Shown here piece after piece: positions 1 to 10,911 of a DNA stretch of 64,000 bases. Positions within the stretch are counted from its first letter, which is position 1, and the number at the start of each line of letters is the position of its first letter. The notes below the pieces were generated by a model. The model was not told where the DNA came from. It ran no database searches and was given only the letters and a program-made list of their open reading frames with translations. The DNA comes from Tubiluchus corallicola. Lineage: Eukaryota > Animalia > Priapulida. The translations under genes and the position numbers were made by a program. Location of the stretch: the NCBI GenBank assembly GCA_030141605.1, contig JAQGDQ010000040.1:372001-436000 (forward strand). The letters run 5' to 3'.

Positions 1-554
1 CGCTGGTTCAAATCCAGGCTGTGCGTCACTTTTCCTGTCTTTCATGAAAGTTTAATATCTATTTTAGTATATAAAAATTTCAATTAATTGTGGTTGTCTT
101 CCTTCGGAGATATGAGGAAAATCAGACCCAATCTTAAGCTATAGATCAAAACAATCTACCCTATAAAATGTCAAACAGGAATATGTTATTTTTTCAATGA
201 TGATTCACGTGAAAAAATTATTATCACAGAAACGTAAGTTCGCGTTTGTGCGAGCCTATTTCGCCATTCGCTAATTAAACGGGCACTAGCTCCTACATCT
301 CGGAACCGCATTGCACAAAAATATGTGCTGTACGTCTCAGTTCAGAGGCGTTCGGTTGTAACGCAGTACACAAATAAGTTTGTAAGTTATTTAAGGCTAA
401 AATTATGAATGCTAAACCTAGCCCACATAAATAAGTTTAGGTAAGATTTTAGTTGTGTTTTTTTATTTTTATATTCTTGTGTATCTGTATTTTTAGACTA
501 CATTGCGAAACAAATAAATAATTCAGTACCTTAAACTTCAATTTTCTCTTACAG

Positions 555-730
555 GATATCGTCCCATAATAAATGCAAACGTTACAGCAATCATCGAAAG
601 ACCGGGTACAACAATAAATTATATATTACAAATGTATGATAATGGCGCATTTTCTGACGTGGCTAAACATGATGGAATTTATTCTCGGTATTTCACGGCT
701 TTTACTGATAATGGCGGCTACAGCGTAAAG
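555..730 (+). CDS. CLCA: CLCA-family gene, internal exon (upstream exons lie outside the window)
   Basis: Acceptor ttacag| and donor |gtagaa. Translates (G)YRPIINANVTAIIERPGTTINYILQMYDNGAFSDVAKHDGIYSRYFTAFTDNGGYSVK, matching the CLCA motif DNGAGADxxKxDGVYSRYF...NGRYSVKV. Not in the ORF track. Confidence 0.93.
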
Positions 731-929
731 GTAGAACATAAAACATAGAACATGGAGTGTTTATATTTCTCGCTATCATGTGCAACAAAAATGTTAATAT
801 CATATTTATTAAATAATTATAATTATGGAGCAAGATAGAGAAAAAGCCAGGTCATCTTGTTACGTCTCCCTAAGGTGAGAATCGAACGAGTTATTTGTGC
901 CCATTAAATAATTAATAACCATTATCAAT

Positions 930-1005
930 TTACTACGTTAAGATGCATCTGCCTGGTTAGTAAATGGATAGGTGACTGTCCGGAAAACTGCTACTTCGCT
1001 GTTTT
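930..1005 (+). mobile_element. 5S rRNA-derived SINE-like fragment
   Basis: gcctggttagtaaatggataggtgactg resembles the 5S internal control region (GGTTAGTACTTGGATGGGTGACC). Similar degenerate copies occur at about 23530-23585 and 59397-59455. Confidence 0.45.
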
Positions 1006-1288
1006 GTTTCCCTTTATGCCATTTTAGTGGAGGACGTATACAAATTACAAACGCGGCGAAGATACATTAGTCAAAATTATTCGATTAAAGAAAGAATAAT
1101 GACAGAGAATAATCTTGAAGAATTATTCTTCATAAAGAACTATGTGCCAATTCTACCAAAACCATTTACATTAGTAATTACGCTAATTACGTTTTGCCAT
1201 TAAATGCCGGATATCGGCTTGCAGTGTGCTGAAACCTATAAAAACCTATAAGAAATATTTTGTACATCATTGTCATACTTTGTTAAAG

Positions 1289-1439
1289 GTTAAAGTGGAA
1301 GACGAAGGGAAAGAAACTATCTCTGGTTTTGTACTAGGTGCTCCCAAGCGAAAAAAAGACATGCAAGAAAAAAACCGTACAGGATCATTCCAACGCTATG
1401 CAACTGGCGGCTCGTTTACTTTGTTACACTTCAACATTG
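1289..1439 (+). CDS. CLCA: CLCA-family gene, internal exon
   Basis: Phase 0 start after ttaaag| continues YSVK|VKV. Encodes VKVEDEGKETISGFVLGAPKRKKDMQEKNRTGSFQRYATGGSFTLLHFNI, including the CLCA FxRxxxGGSF motif. The phase-1 donor G|gtacaa fits the next exon. Confidence 0.85.
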
Positions 1440-1522
1440 GTACAATTCTAATAAACACATGTCTTATCTTTATTACTGTACATGTATTAACTAAGAAAGC
1501 TGTGGCTAGCAGCTAATTAAGC

Positions 1523-1649
<127 letters not shown>

Positions 1650-2309
1650 TTTACTTTTAGATTACAGGTTTGATTCGCGGAGAGACTCCTCACCATTATT
1701 ATTATTATTCATACAGCCCAATGAAACACCATACAAGGCTTGGTCGTAGTTTCCACTACAGCTACAAATTAATAAGTAACTTGATTACTTCCTACTTGAT
1801 GTATCGAAAGTTTAGCTTTGATTGTCTGTGATACGTAGTCTGGTGTTCTTTGCGGAAATTCAGCGAGAAAAATTCTGATACAGTAACACTTTTATTTGTG
1901 TTTTACAGCATACGTGCGCGTGTTGTTGAATGGGCTAGAGATACCAGTGACGTCATGCCGAAACTAATGCAGCTTATTTTTTTTCCTGTACAAAGCCTTT
2001 CGTCGCTTTTTAAATATGACGTTTATCAGCAATGTCTAAACTACATTTTGACACTCAATCTTATTTTACCTTCAGCGCTGCTTTAATTTCCTAAAAAATA
2101 TGCCTACGCTGTACATGAAAAACTTAACTTTATTTATGCTGCACAGTAGTGTTAATATAGTTCATTCCGTTGTCAAACTAACGTTACTATGTTACTAAAG
2201 CACAAAATCTAATAATAATATAAAAAACACATAACGTTTGAGAAAACCACTCCATTTCTATCTACATTTAAAATAAATTTATATTCATACAGTCCTTTGG
2301 CACAACAAT

Positions 2310-2775
2310 CTTCTTCTTCCCAGCTTTTCCCTATGCGGGGTCGCCGTTGTGAATGAGTCTTCTCCACGCATTCCTGTTGTTGACCATCTCTTCATTTATG
2401 TCTTCCCTTCCCACATGATCTTCACCGACTCTTCTTTTCAGGTGTCCATACCATCGCAATCTTGCGAGGCTTCCACTACTGATATTATTATTTCTAATTT
2501 TATCTCTTCTTGTTATTCCCACCATCCATCATCTCCACCACACCCATTTTCTTCTCTTCGGTCTTCTTTAGAGAAGCTGCTTCCAGCCCATAGATTAGAG
2601 CGGGTCTGACCACTTCTTTGTGGACTTTACCTTTAAGTCTCACCGACTCATTCATAGAAGGTTTTGGCGCAATTTTTACAGGCGGATGCCCTTCCTGACC
2701 CTAAACCTCCCTATTTATCCGGGCTTGGGACCGGCACTGAATTGGGCTGGCTTGCCCCCCCCCCAGTGGCTAGGT
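2310..2775 (-). mobile_element. Internally deleted (bipartite) RTE-clade non-LTR retroelement
   Basis: The minus strand encodes RTE C-terminal motifs (VVRPALIYGLE; RLRWYGHLKRR; NRNAWRRLI) and ends in a (GAA)n tail. The other end (GGATGCCCTTCCTGAC...CCGGGCTTGGGACCGGCAC) resembles RTE 5' sequence from recall. Flanked by a near-perfect TSD: TCCTTTGGCACAACAAT (2293-2309) and TCCTTTGCACAACAAT (2776-2791). Confidence 0.75.
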
Positions 2776-2907
2776 TCCTTTGCACAACAATAATCTTTCA
2801 TAAAGCTCAGGATTGTTTTGTTGTTAAACGAAAGAGGAATCCCGAGGTTATAGTTTGTTATTAATGAATAACTGCAGTAAATTGAAATCATTTAATTGCT
2901 TTTGTAG

Positions 2908-3027
2908 ACTACAGGTATTATCAGCCTAGTAATATCAAAGATCTTCATATTGCTAGTGTTGATAGGAATAGTAGACTTGTTTACCTGGAGTGGACTGCCC
3001 CGGGTGCATCCCTTGATACCGGAACAG
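2908..3027 (+). CDS. CLCA: CLCA-family gene, FN3 repeat A exon 1
   Basis: ttgtag| ... |gtaagc, phase 1-1. Encodes (D)YRYYQPSNIKDLHIASVDRNSRLVYLEWTAPGASLDTGT, matching CLCA FN3 PxxIxDL...LxWTAPGxxxDxGT. Confidence 0.93.
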
Positions 3028-3056
3028 GTAAGCAATGTATCACCTGAGCAACTTAA

Positions 3057-6000
3057 GAGTCATTCCGCGAGAAAACCATGCAAAAGTCAAAAAAATAGTG
3101 GAAGGTGACAAATCACCGATTTTGTTCATATTCACAGGGTTGGATGATCCCCTCAGATGTACCCCACAGCCAAAATATTAGATATCAAAAATGAGCCGTT
3201 TCGGAGATAGGCCGCCATTTTGATTTTTTTCGGATTTTGGCCATTTTGACGTAAAAAAATGACCTATATTTGTCACATCATTACAGGCAGTAAATGAATG
3301 ATCCAGGACTAGTTGCTCTGTGGTATATATAGTAGGGGTCTTGCCCTATTGCCACATTGAGTTTGATGAATTGAGATTCTCTTTCAGTAGGTATCATGAG
3401 CTCATGAAAGATGCGTGTCTGCTACAGTCTGAATGACACCTTGTTTTAAAATTCTCATAACTCCACTGGGGCGGGTATTTGAAGTATAATTAATATATGT
3501 TTATTTACAGCTTGACCAGGCATACTTAGATCATTAATAAAATTTTGGCCAGCTCGTCCATAAATTGACGAGATTCGATCTTGAATGTGACATAAATCGG
3601 AAAAAAATTAGTACGAATTATTAATAATTCTGAATAAAAAATGAAAATTTCAAAAAGAAACGATAAATTACAGTTTCTGTCTTTCTCTGTCTCTCTGTGT
3701 CTCTGTCTGTCTCTCTCTCTGTCTCTCTGTGTCTCTGTGTCTCTCTCTGTCTCTCTCTGTCTCTGTCTCTGTCTCTCTGTGTCTCTCTGTGTCTCTCTGT
3801 GTCTCTCTCTGTCTCTCTGTGTCTCTGTGTCTCTCTCTGTCTCTCTCTGTCTCTCTCTCTGTCTCTGTCTCTCTTTGTCTCTCTCTGTCTCTCTGTGTCC
3901 TTCTCTCTCTCTCTGTGTGTCTCTCTGTGTCTGTCTCTGTCTCTCTGTGTCTCTCTCTGTGTCACTCTCTGTCTCTGTCTCTGTCTGTCTCTCTGTCTTT
4001 CTGTGTCCCTCTCTGTGTCTCTCTCTGTCTCTCTGTGTGTGTCTCTCTGTGTCTCTCTCTGTCTCTCTCTGTGTCTCTGTGCCTCTCTCTGTCTCTCTGT
4101 GTCTCTCTCCGTCGCTTTCTGTCTCTTTGTGTCTCTGTCTGTCTCTCTGTGTCTCTCTCTGTCTCTCTGTGTTTCTCTCTCTGTCTCTGTCTCTCTCTGT
4201 CCCTCTGTGTCTCTCTCTGTCTCTTTTTATGTCTCTGTCTGTCTCTCTTTGTCTCTGTGTGTCTCTCTCTGTCTCTCCATCTGCCTCTCTGTGTCTCTCT
4301 TTGTCTCTCTTTGTCTCTCTGTGTCTCTCTCTGTCTCTCTCTCTCTCTCTCTGTGTCTCTCTCTGTGTCTCTCTCTCTGTCTCTCTGTGTCTCTCTCTGT
4401 GTCTCTCTGTGTCTCTCTCTGTCTCTCTGTGTCTCTCTCTGTCTCTATGTGTCTCTCTCTCTGTCTCTCTCTGTCTCTATGTGTCTCTTTGTGTCTCTCT
4501 TTGTCTCTCTGTGTCTCTCTGTGTCTCTCTCCGTCTCTCTGTGCCTCTCTCTGTCTCTTTCTGTCTCTCTGTGTCTCTTTGTGTCTCTGTCTGTCTCTCT
4601 CTGTCTCTCTCTCTCTCTGTTTCTGTCTCTCTCTGTGTCTCTTTCTCTGTCTCTGTCTGTCTCTGTCTCTCTCTGTGTGTCTCTCTTTCTGTCTCTCTGT
4701 GTCTCCATCTGCCTCTCTGTGTGTCTCTCTCTCTCTGTCTCTCTCTGTCTCTGTGTGTCTCTCTCTCTATCTCTATGTGTCTCTCTCTGTCTCTCTGTGA
4801 CTCTCTCTGTCTCTCTGTGACTCTCTCTCTCTGTCTCTCTGTGACTCTCTCTCTCTGTCTCTCTGTGTCTCTCTCTGTCTCTTTTGATAAGGAGGTTACC
4901 ATAGCAACACATAGTAGCAGCTTACTGTATGTATTATCAATTATTAGCTTATTATTATTTACTATAGTGCGACTTTTCATTGAATATTGGCTAATAAAAA
5001 ATAGTCGTGGACGTAAAGAATTTGTTGTTGCCTTTTTGCTATTTTGAAAATTTGCGATTATAAGCGTCAGCGCCCTGATTCTCGTTAGAGTTTAGTTGAA
5101 TATGGTAGTCGGTGTATATGCGTATATCTTTACGAGGCGGTGGAAACCTGGCGGTTAAATACAATATGAGCGAATGGCTTGAAACATACGTTGCACAGAG
5201 TCGGAATTAGTATGTAACGGCCGAGGCAGGGTCGTATTGGCCTTTGCTGTGTTTCTTAACCAGTTTTTTTGTTAACGCCCGTTGTTAGTAAGCAGAAGTC
5301 TGGTTGTCGAACTTGCCACACCAAGGTATTAGTAACTAACTAACTATTAACTTGAATTGATTTGAGGAAAAATATCAGGGACTGACAACTATTCGCCTGT
5401 TGAATACAAGACCACACAAAGCTGTGCGCGTTTTAAAAATTGGCTCGCAACATCTTATATTCGATGCTCACGGCGGTTTCAACACAATTTCACAAATAGT
5501 GCCTTGTCTCGCCTTGCCCGCCTTTCTTTAGAATCTTGTTTAGCAAAGCGATACTAAACCTTTTTGACTGAAGTCTATTTTTCAGTCAAGACAGTGGGGC
5601 CCTCCCGAGGCCCCCGTATTGATCCACGGGCCATAGGTATATAGCCCGAGCACTTGTACACGAAACTGTTATTATGTACATGAAATTATTCCGTGTTTTA
5701 TACAGATTATAAAAATCACTATGTTGTAATCGTCACAGGGGCCCTTCGAAGGGAATGCGGCCCCTGATGAGGGGCCTGGTTGCTAGGAGTGCCCAGACAT
5801 GTAAAGCCAGTCCATTATTACTATAAACATTGACGTTGCTGCACTTTGTATCGATTCTAATGGCAACACCGTCATCCAAAGCGAATAGCTAAATATAGGT
5901 CAAGGTTGTGAAAATGGCAAAAAAGAGCAACTTTGGCTAAAAATTCTGGACTCTTGGGAGATCGCTGGCCAAAATTTTATTTCATGCATTTGTAGGACTA

Positions 6001-6449
6001 GTCAAGCTGCAAATAAAAATATATTGATTAGTCCCCCAATACCCGCCCCAGTGGAGTTATGGGGATTTCAAAATGGCGTCTAAATTCAGCAGCAGCAGAC
6101 ACGTATCTTTTGCAATCTGATGACACCAACTGAAAAGGAGGTTCAATTTGGCAACGATAATGGTACGGTAGGGTAAGACCCCTACTATATATATCACCAA
6201 TTAACTAGTGCTGGATCGCTCATTTACTGTCTGTAATAACGTGAGAAATAATGGGCAATTTTTTACGCCAAAATGGCCAAAATCCGAAAAAAATCAAAAT
6301 GGCGGCTTTTCTCAGAAACGGCTCATTTCTGAAATCTAATATTTTGGCTGTGGAGTACATCTGAGGGGACCATCAAACCCTGTGAATATGAACAAAATCG
6401 GTGATTTGTCACCTTCCACTATTTTGCTGATTTTCTCACGGAATGACTC
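3057..6449. mobile_element. Non-autonomous DNA transposon, Sola3-like
   Basis: Imperfect TIRs of about 490 bp (3057-3553 vs 5964-6449), termini GAGTCATTCCG...CGGAATGACTC, TTAA on both sides (3053-3056, 6450-6453). No transposase ORF seen. Confidence 0.85.
3676..4882. repeat. 1.2-kb compound (CT)n/(GT) low-complexity microsatellite
   Basis: Continuous ctctctgt/ctgtgt units. Source of the spurious S/L/C/V and R/E/T/Q ORFs. Confidence 0.98.
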
Positions 6450-6589
6450 TTAAACTATAATACAAATAATATCCGGGGATTTAAACTTGCTTAGAAAACA
6501 TTTTTTTCATTGCTATACCTATCATATGACTTAATTTTTTCTAAATAGCTTTAGGTGATTTTTATTGGCTTAACGTTTTTTCTCCTGCT

Positions 6590-6800
6590 TCACATGACTC
6601 CCAGTGGCTCCATGCCTTTCTCTGTTGAGTTCATACATCTGGCTTTCAAGCCAATTCCGACTGTTTATGCATCTTCCAATGCTTTCATGCCTTTTTTGCA
6701 CATCATTGGCAGACTCACAGATTTCCTGATGACTATACTTTTTCAACAGCTTCGCATATTTTCTGACAATTTGACACATTTTTGATGGTTTCACTTGTTT
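6590..6800. repeat. Degenerate ~20-bp minisatellite, left block
   Basis: Units resembling ttctgatggcttcacacat. Same family as 8140-8530. Confidence 0.5.
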
Positions 6801-7045
6801 TTAGATCAATTCAACTGTCTTGTGATATCATAGGTGTTTTTACCTACCACTAAAAAATACAAGTTTTCATTAACATCTGCTGTCGCAGTGTATTCTTCTC
6901 GTACATTTTTAAAGGTTTTTAAATGGTGTACATACTTACTGATAGCTTTACACTTTTCATCCGCGAGCGCTAGCGTCGCGGATCAAGGAGAATCCATACT
7001 CTGATTTTTCTTTATTAAGTTAAGCATTCAGTTTTCCACTTTTTA

Positions 7046-8062
7046 TGTCATGTTAGTTCGCAAACGCAGAGGGGTAGAGTCACTTACGAAACCTACATGG
7101 GGTTGGAGCATTGTAAGTAGTGTTTTAAGCAGTTACTTCGGTTAAAGGGTCAAGGGCCCTGGACATTGGTCAGCTTTTCTACTACTGTTCACGTCCTCCT
7201 AGGGCTTTGAGTTAAATCCACTTTTTTTCACAAATAGTATAAACTCACCAGTGTCGGAGGATTTTGACAAGTCTTTAGATGTTGTAATTATATTATTATT
7301 ATTATAATTCAATATGTACGGTAAAGATACTAGCGGTTAATACACCTTTATCGACAGTTAATTAGGCTCCAACAATGGTAAAACTAGGAGTATTTAAAAG
7401 GCGAGGTGGATAATATTTCCAAATGCCTGGATACAATATAATAATACACTTTCTTATTTTCTCAAAAACGTGTACCTGGACTTTCGAAAAGCTGGGATTC
7501 TTTAAGGGCCCCACATAAGCGCCAAAATGTACAACATTAAATACTTCTAAAACTATGGTAATTATAATCACGAAACTTGCAGGACAGACACTGGAGTAGG
7601 GGTTCGGGCAATGGTTGCGATCCGCGAGTAGGGCGAATTGCAAGAGAACTTGCGTGTCAGGCGTCCAGCTCAGAGTAAATAATGAGTTTTTGATTTCTTG
7701 AGCAGCTAATCACATGCGAGTAAACAGCATTGGGCCAAACATGAGTGATAAACACTAGCATGGTAGAATTGGAATTGTTTCAGGACCCGAGGTAAAAGTC
7801 GAAATTAGAGCAGATATTACCCGAGTGAACATTAGGGCAATTTGCTCAATCACACGTGACTGGACTAGGTGCTGACAAGCGATAATTGGTTTCGAACACT
7901 GTGCACAAATAGTTAGTCACACTTGAGCTTAATAGCCTATAAACGTAAGTTAACCACACTCATCTAGGTTAAGTCGGGTGCAATGGTCACGGTGTTACGT
8001 TCGCAGATTTGGATCTGAATTCACTCAGTCTTGTTAGTTCTAAAGGCGTCACGACTCATGAG
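7046..8062. mobile_element. Possible decayed solo LTR
   Basis: Starts TGTCATG and ends CATGAG (CATGACA expected), with TTTTA on both flanks. Its right end resembles that of the 11930-13181 element (cgggtgcaatg...gcgtcacgac). Confidence 0.3.
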
Positions 8063-8139
8063 TTTTAGACTATTTATACCTGAGAGAGATCTCAAATGTC
8101 ATAATGCTGTGCACTTACTTCCTTTTGTAAATTGTCTTT

Positions 8140-8530
8140 TACGTCATTTCTGACGTTTTCACACCACTTTTAATCACTTTGCACAATTGCTGACATAGTG
8201 CTTTAGCGCAATTAATAATTTATTTTAAGCAATCTCTATCGGCTTCAAATGCTTTCACACGTCTTCATACAATATTCCGACAACTCACTGTTGGTTTCAA
8301 AAGTCTTTTGACAGATTGACTTGTCCGGTAATGCATTCGCACATCTTCTGTTAGCTTAACCTGTCATCCAATGATGACACTTGTGGTTTCTTTCATTTCA
8401 CATTTTTTGATGACTTCACACTTTTCTGGTGGTTTCACACGTATTCTGATGTCTTCCCAACTATTCTGATGGCTGCGCACACATTCTGAAGACTTCATTA
8501 CGCAAATAACGATGGCTTACACATATGCTA
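8140..8530. repeat. Degenerate ~20-bp minisatellite, right block
   Basis: ttctgatg cores at 19-20-bp spacing (8408, 8427, 8447, 8467, 8487). Confidence 0.6.
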
Positions 8531-9170
8531 ACGGCTAATATTATGATGTTCCATATACATGTGGTCCAAGGTTTTACGTGTTTCTGTCTCTAACAGCCTA
8601 CAAAGCCCAAAAGGTTAAGTTCCATTAATAAACCATTACTTTGTTCGTATTTGAATTGAAAGAATATTGAATTATACGTTTGTTTCACCATTTATTAATA
8701 ATTTTGCAAATGACATTATTAACATTAATTGTTTACCTGTGAATTCAGGTTTGAAGTATTTTGAAAACTTGCACGTTTTTTTTTAAATTTGTAATATGAC
8801 TGCTATTACTAATGCAGAATAGAATAAAGTTACGTAAATCTAAATACAATGAAGTTATTAATCATTCTAGTATAGGAAAACGCATGACCTGAAGCGAGTA
8901 TTCGCGAGATATTAGAGTTGCCTCAAAACTTGTCTAGTATATAACGACTGCGTACTGTCGTCTAACAGTGTAAAATGTGTTGCTTACAACTGAAATTGCC
9001 CAGGTTTAAATCTAGACATAGCCTTCTTTTTCGTATTTCGTTCGCCCGGCCATGAATTCAAGACTAATAAATTGTCTTTCTTTTCCATAATTATCTTATT
9101 AAAGTGTTTTCATTATATATGCAATGCCATATAGTAACTGTTTAAGATAATGATACAATTACCGTTTCAG

Positions 9171-9235
9171 CCAGTTACTATGAAATGTTTATAAGCACTG
9201 GCTTCAATGACTTAGTAAACAAGCCTGAAAATGAG
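9171..9235 (+). CDS. CLCA: CLCA-family gene, FN3 repeat A exon 2 (65 nt)
   Basis: tttcag| ... |gtaagt, phase 1-0. Encodes (A)SYYEMFISTGFNDLVNKPENE. Paralogous to 15263-15327. Confidence 0.88.
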
Positions 9236-9714
9236 GTAAGTTTAATTTTTAAATACTAAGAACTTACACAACGGCTGTGTAGCAATGATTGTTCCAGGCA
9301 AAACAGATGTACGCCTACTATGTGGTTACAATATTTTAACTCACAACAAATTGTTCTTGTGTCGCTCCCATAGTACAAGTTAGTAACACTCAAAAAGTAA
9401 ATAAGTACAATTATTTTACGTCGATTTACATTACATACAGTGAACATTTCTGTGGCCTTTTCGTTTTAGTGGCTAGTTTTTAAGCTACCTTTTGGCTAAT
9501 ACAGTTGAATATTCTGCTCGGTAAAAGGGTAAAACCATAGCAGTGCAAAAAATAGTAAAACACGCGAAATGGAAGTGTGTGGTTCAAGAGCATTAAAATT
9601 TATACGATGTGCGATATTTTCACTGCTCAGCAGTTGCAGTCTAGTTTTTCTTACTGTTGAACCGAATCTACAATTACAGTTAGAAAAGCTAATGCAGTTA
9701 TATTTATTTTGTAG

Positions 9715-9814
9715 GCAAAGGTTACTGCAGATCAAGTGCTATCAGGAAACTTATCAAGTCCTTCTCCAGGTGGTTCTCCGGAAAGAATTACTTTGTACTT
9801 GGCTAATACACGAG
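9715..9814 (+). CDS. CLCA: CLCA-family gene, FN3 repeat A exon 3 (100 nt, probable GC donor)
   Basis: ttgtag| then AKVTADQVLSGNLSSPSPGGSPERITLYLANTR. The donor AG|gcaggt gives the same 100-nt length as paralogous exon 16658-16757. An alternative in-phase GT donor exists at 9848. Confidence 0.82.
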
Positions 9815-10435
9815 GCAGGTTTACATTTTTTCTAATTATCAACTGCGGTAAGAATTCCGCAACCCACCAGGTTTCTTTTCCTTCTCTCCTCCTCTTCCTT
9901 TATCTCTTTCGCCCGCCAGAACAGACGATTCTGATGCGTCAAACATGTGGCGATATTTAATTCTTTCCATAAGTACTTGTGGTGTGTTTCTGACTTATTA
10001 CTGCCATCAGTTAATAAAACTGGTAATATTATCAATTGTGAATTTTTATGCGCAATTCCTTGTTTAAATTTATGCCGTATTGGCTGGCCTCTGCTGGCTT
10101 TGCACTTATCCTGCTAACGTTAAATCGGTATAATTGCTTTCTGCGCTTAAGGATTTTTTCCTACATTGCAAGTCTATACTAAGCTCTCATTAATTTTTTC
10201 AGTTTATTTTAAGGCTAAGAATAAGACAGATAGTTAATAATTTCCTATACTTACGACATGTTTAATCGCATGAACAATTAAATTATAGTTTCTGTATTAT
10301 AAGTTGTCTCTTATAACTTTCATAATAAAAACAATTATTGCCATATGCCATGTTCGGTTCAGCAAATTGAAAATTTTGTAGCAAAATCATCCAAGCTAAA
10401 CATTACAAAACTAAAAATCGCCTCTTTCATTTTAG

Positions 10436-10579
10436 GTGCATATAGCACATGGGATAATGCTGTTCTGTGGATTGCTGTCCGAGCTTATAACGGTGGATTG
10501 AGGAGTGAATTGTCAAATGTCGTTTCAGCTACTTTCCGGCAGATGGACCAGTTTGAAACTTCTGAACAGGAAGTCCAAG
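10436..10579 (+). CDS. CLCA: CLCA-family gene, FN3 repeat A exon 4
   Basis: ttttag| then (G)AYSTWDNAVLWIAVRAYNGGLRSELSNVVSATFRQMDQFETSEQEVQ, containing the FN3 end motif AVRA...SxLSNVV. Weak phase-1 donor AAG|gttcac. Read-through ends at TAA 10648-10650. Confidence 0.82.
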
Positions 10580-10749
10580 GTTCACATGTTAATCTGCACA
10601 ATAGCCTTTTGATTTTCCAACTTTTCCTGAAACTTGATGACAGGCAGTAACTAATGTGATCGTTTGTGGTCGGCAAAGTCTGTTCTAGGACACTAGCCCA
10701 TCTGGCAATTGAAATCGTTGGTCAAATGCCAATAACTTTTTCATACTAC

Positions 10750-10790
10750 AATAAATTTGATTTGTCGTGGTGGTATTTGTTTTGGTGATT
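10750..10790 (+). promoter_or_regulatory. Candidate intronic polyadenylation signal
   Basis: AATAAA at 10750-10755, 100 nt after the read-through stop, followed by GT/T-rich sequence (ttgtcgtggtggtatttgttttggtg). Confidence 0.4.
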
Positions 10791-10911
10791 GTAATGGTGT
10801 CGAAGGTAGCGGTTGCGTGTAGGTGGTGGAGAGCTAAAGTAAGTTATTTCTTGTACGGTTGTTTTCGTGAATATTGACACGCTGCCTATGACAAGCCTTT
10901 TTTCCAGTAGT

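Noticed and set aside
1-30. GGTTCAAATCC B box as part of a tRNA gene
   Set aside because: Truncated by the window edge with no verifiable cloverleaf; probably a SINE head.
3621-5047. Long ORFs (468, 367 and 363 aa, plus antisense R/E/T/Q ORFs)
   Set aside because: They are translations of the CT/GT microsatellite, which lacks stop codons in several frames and has no protein-like complexity.
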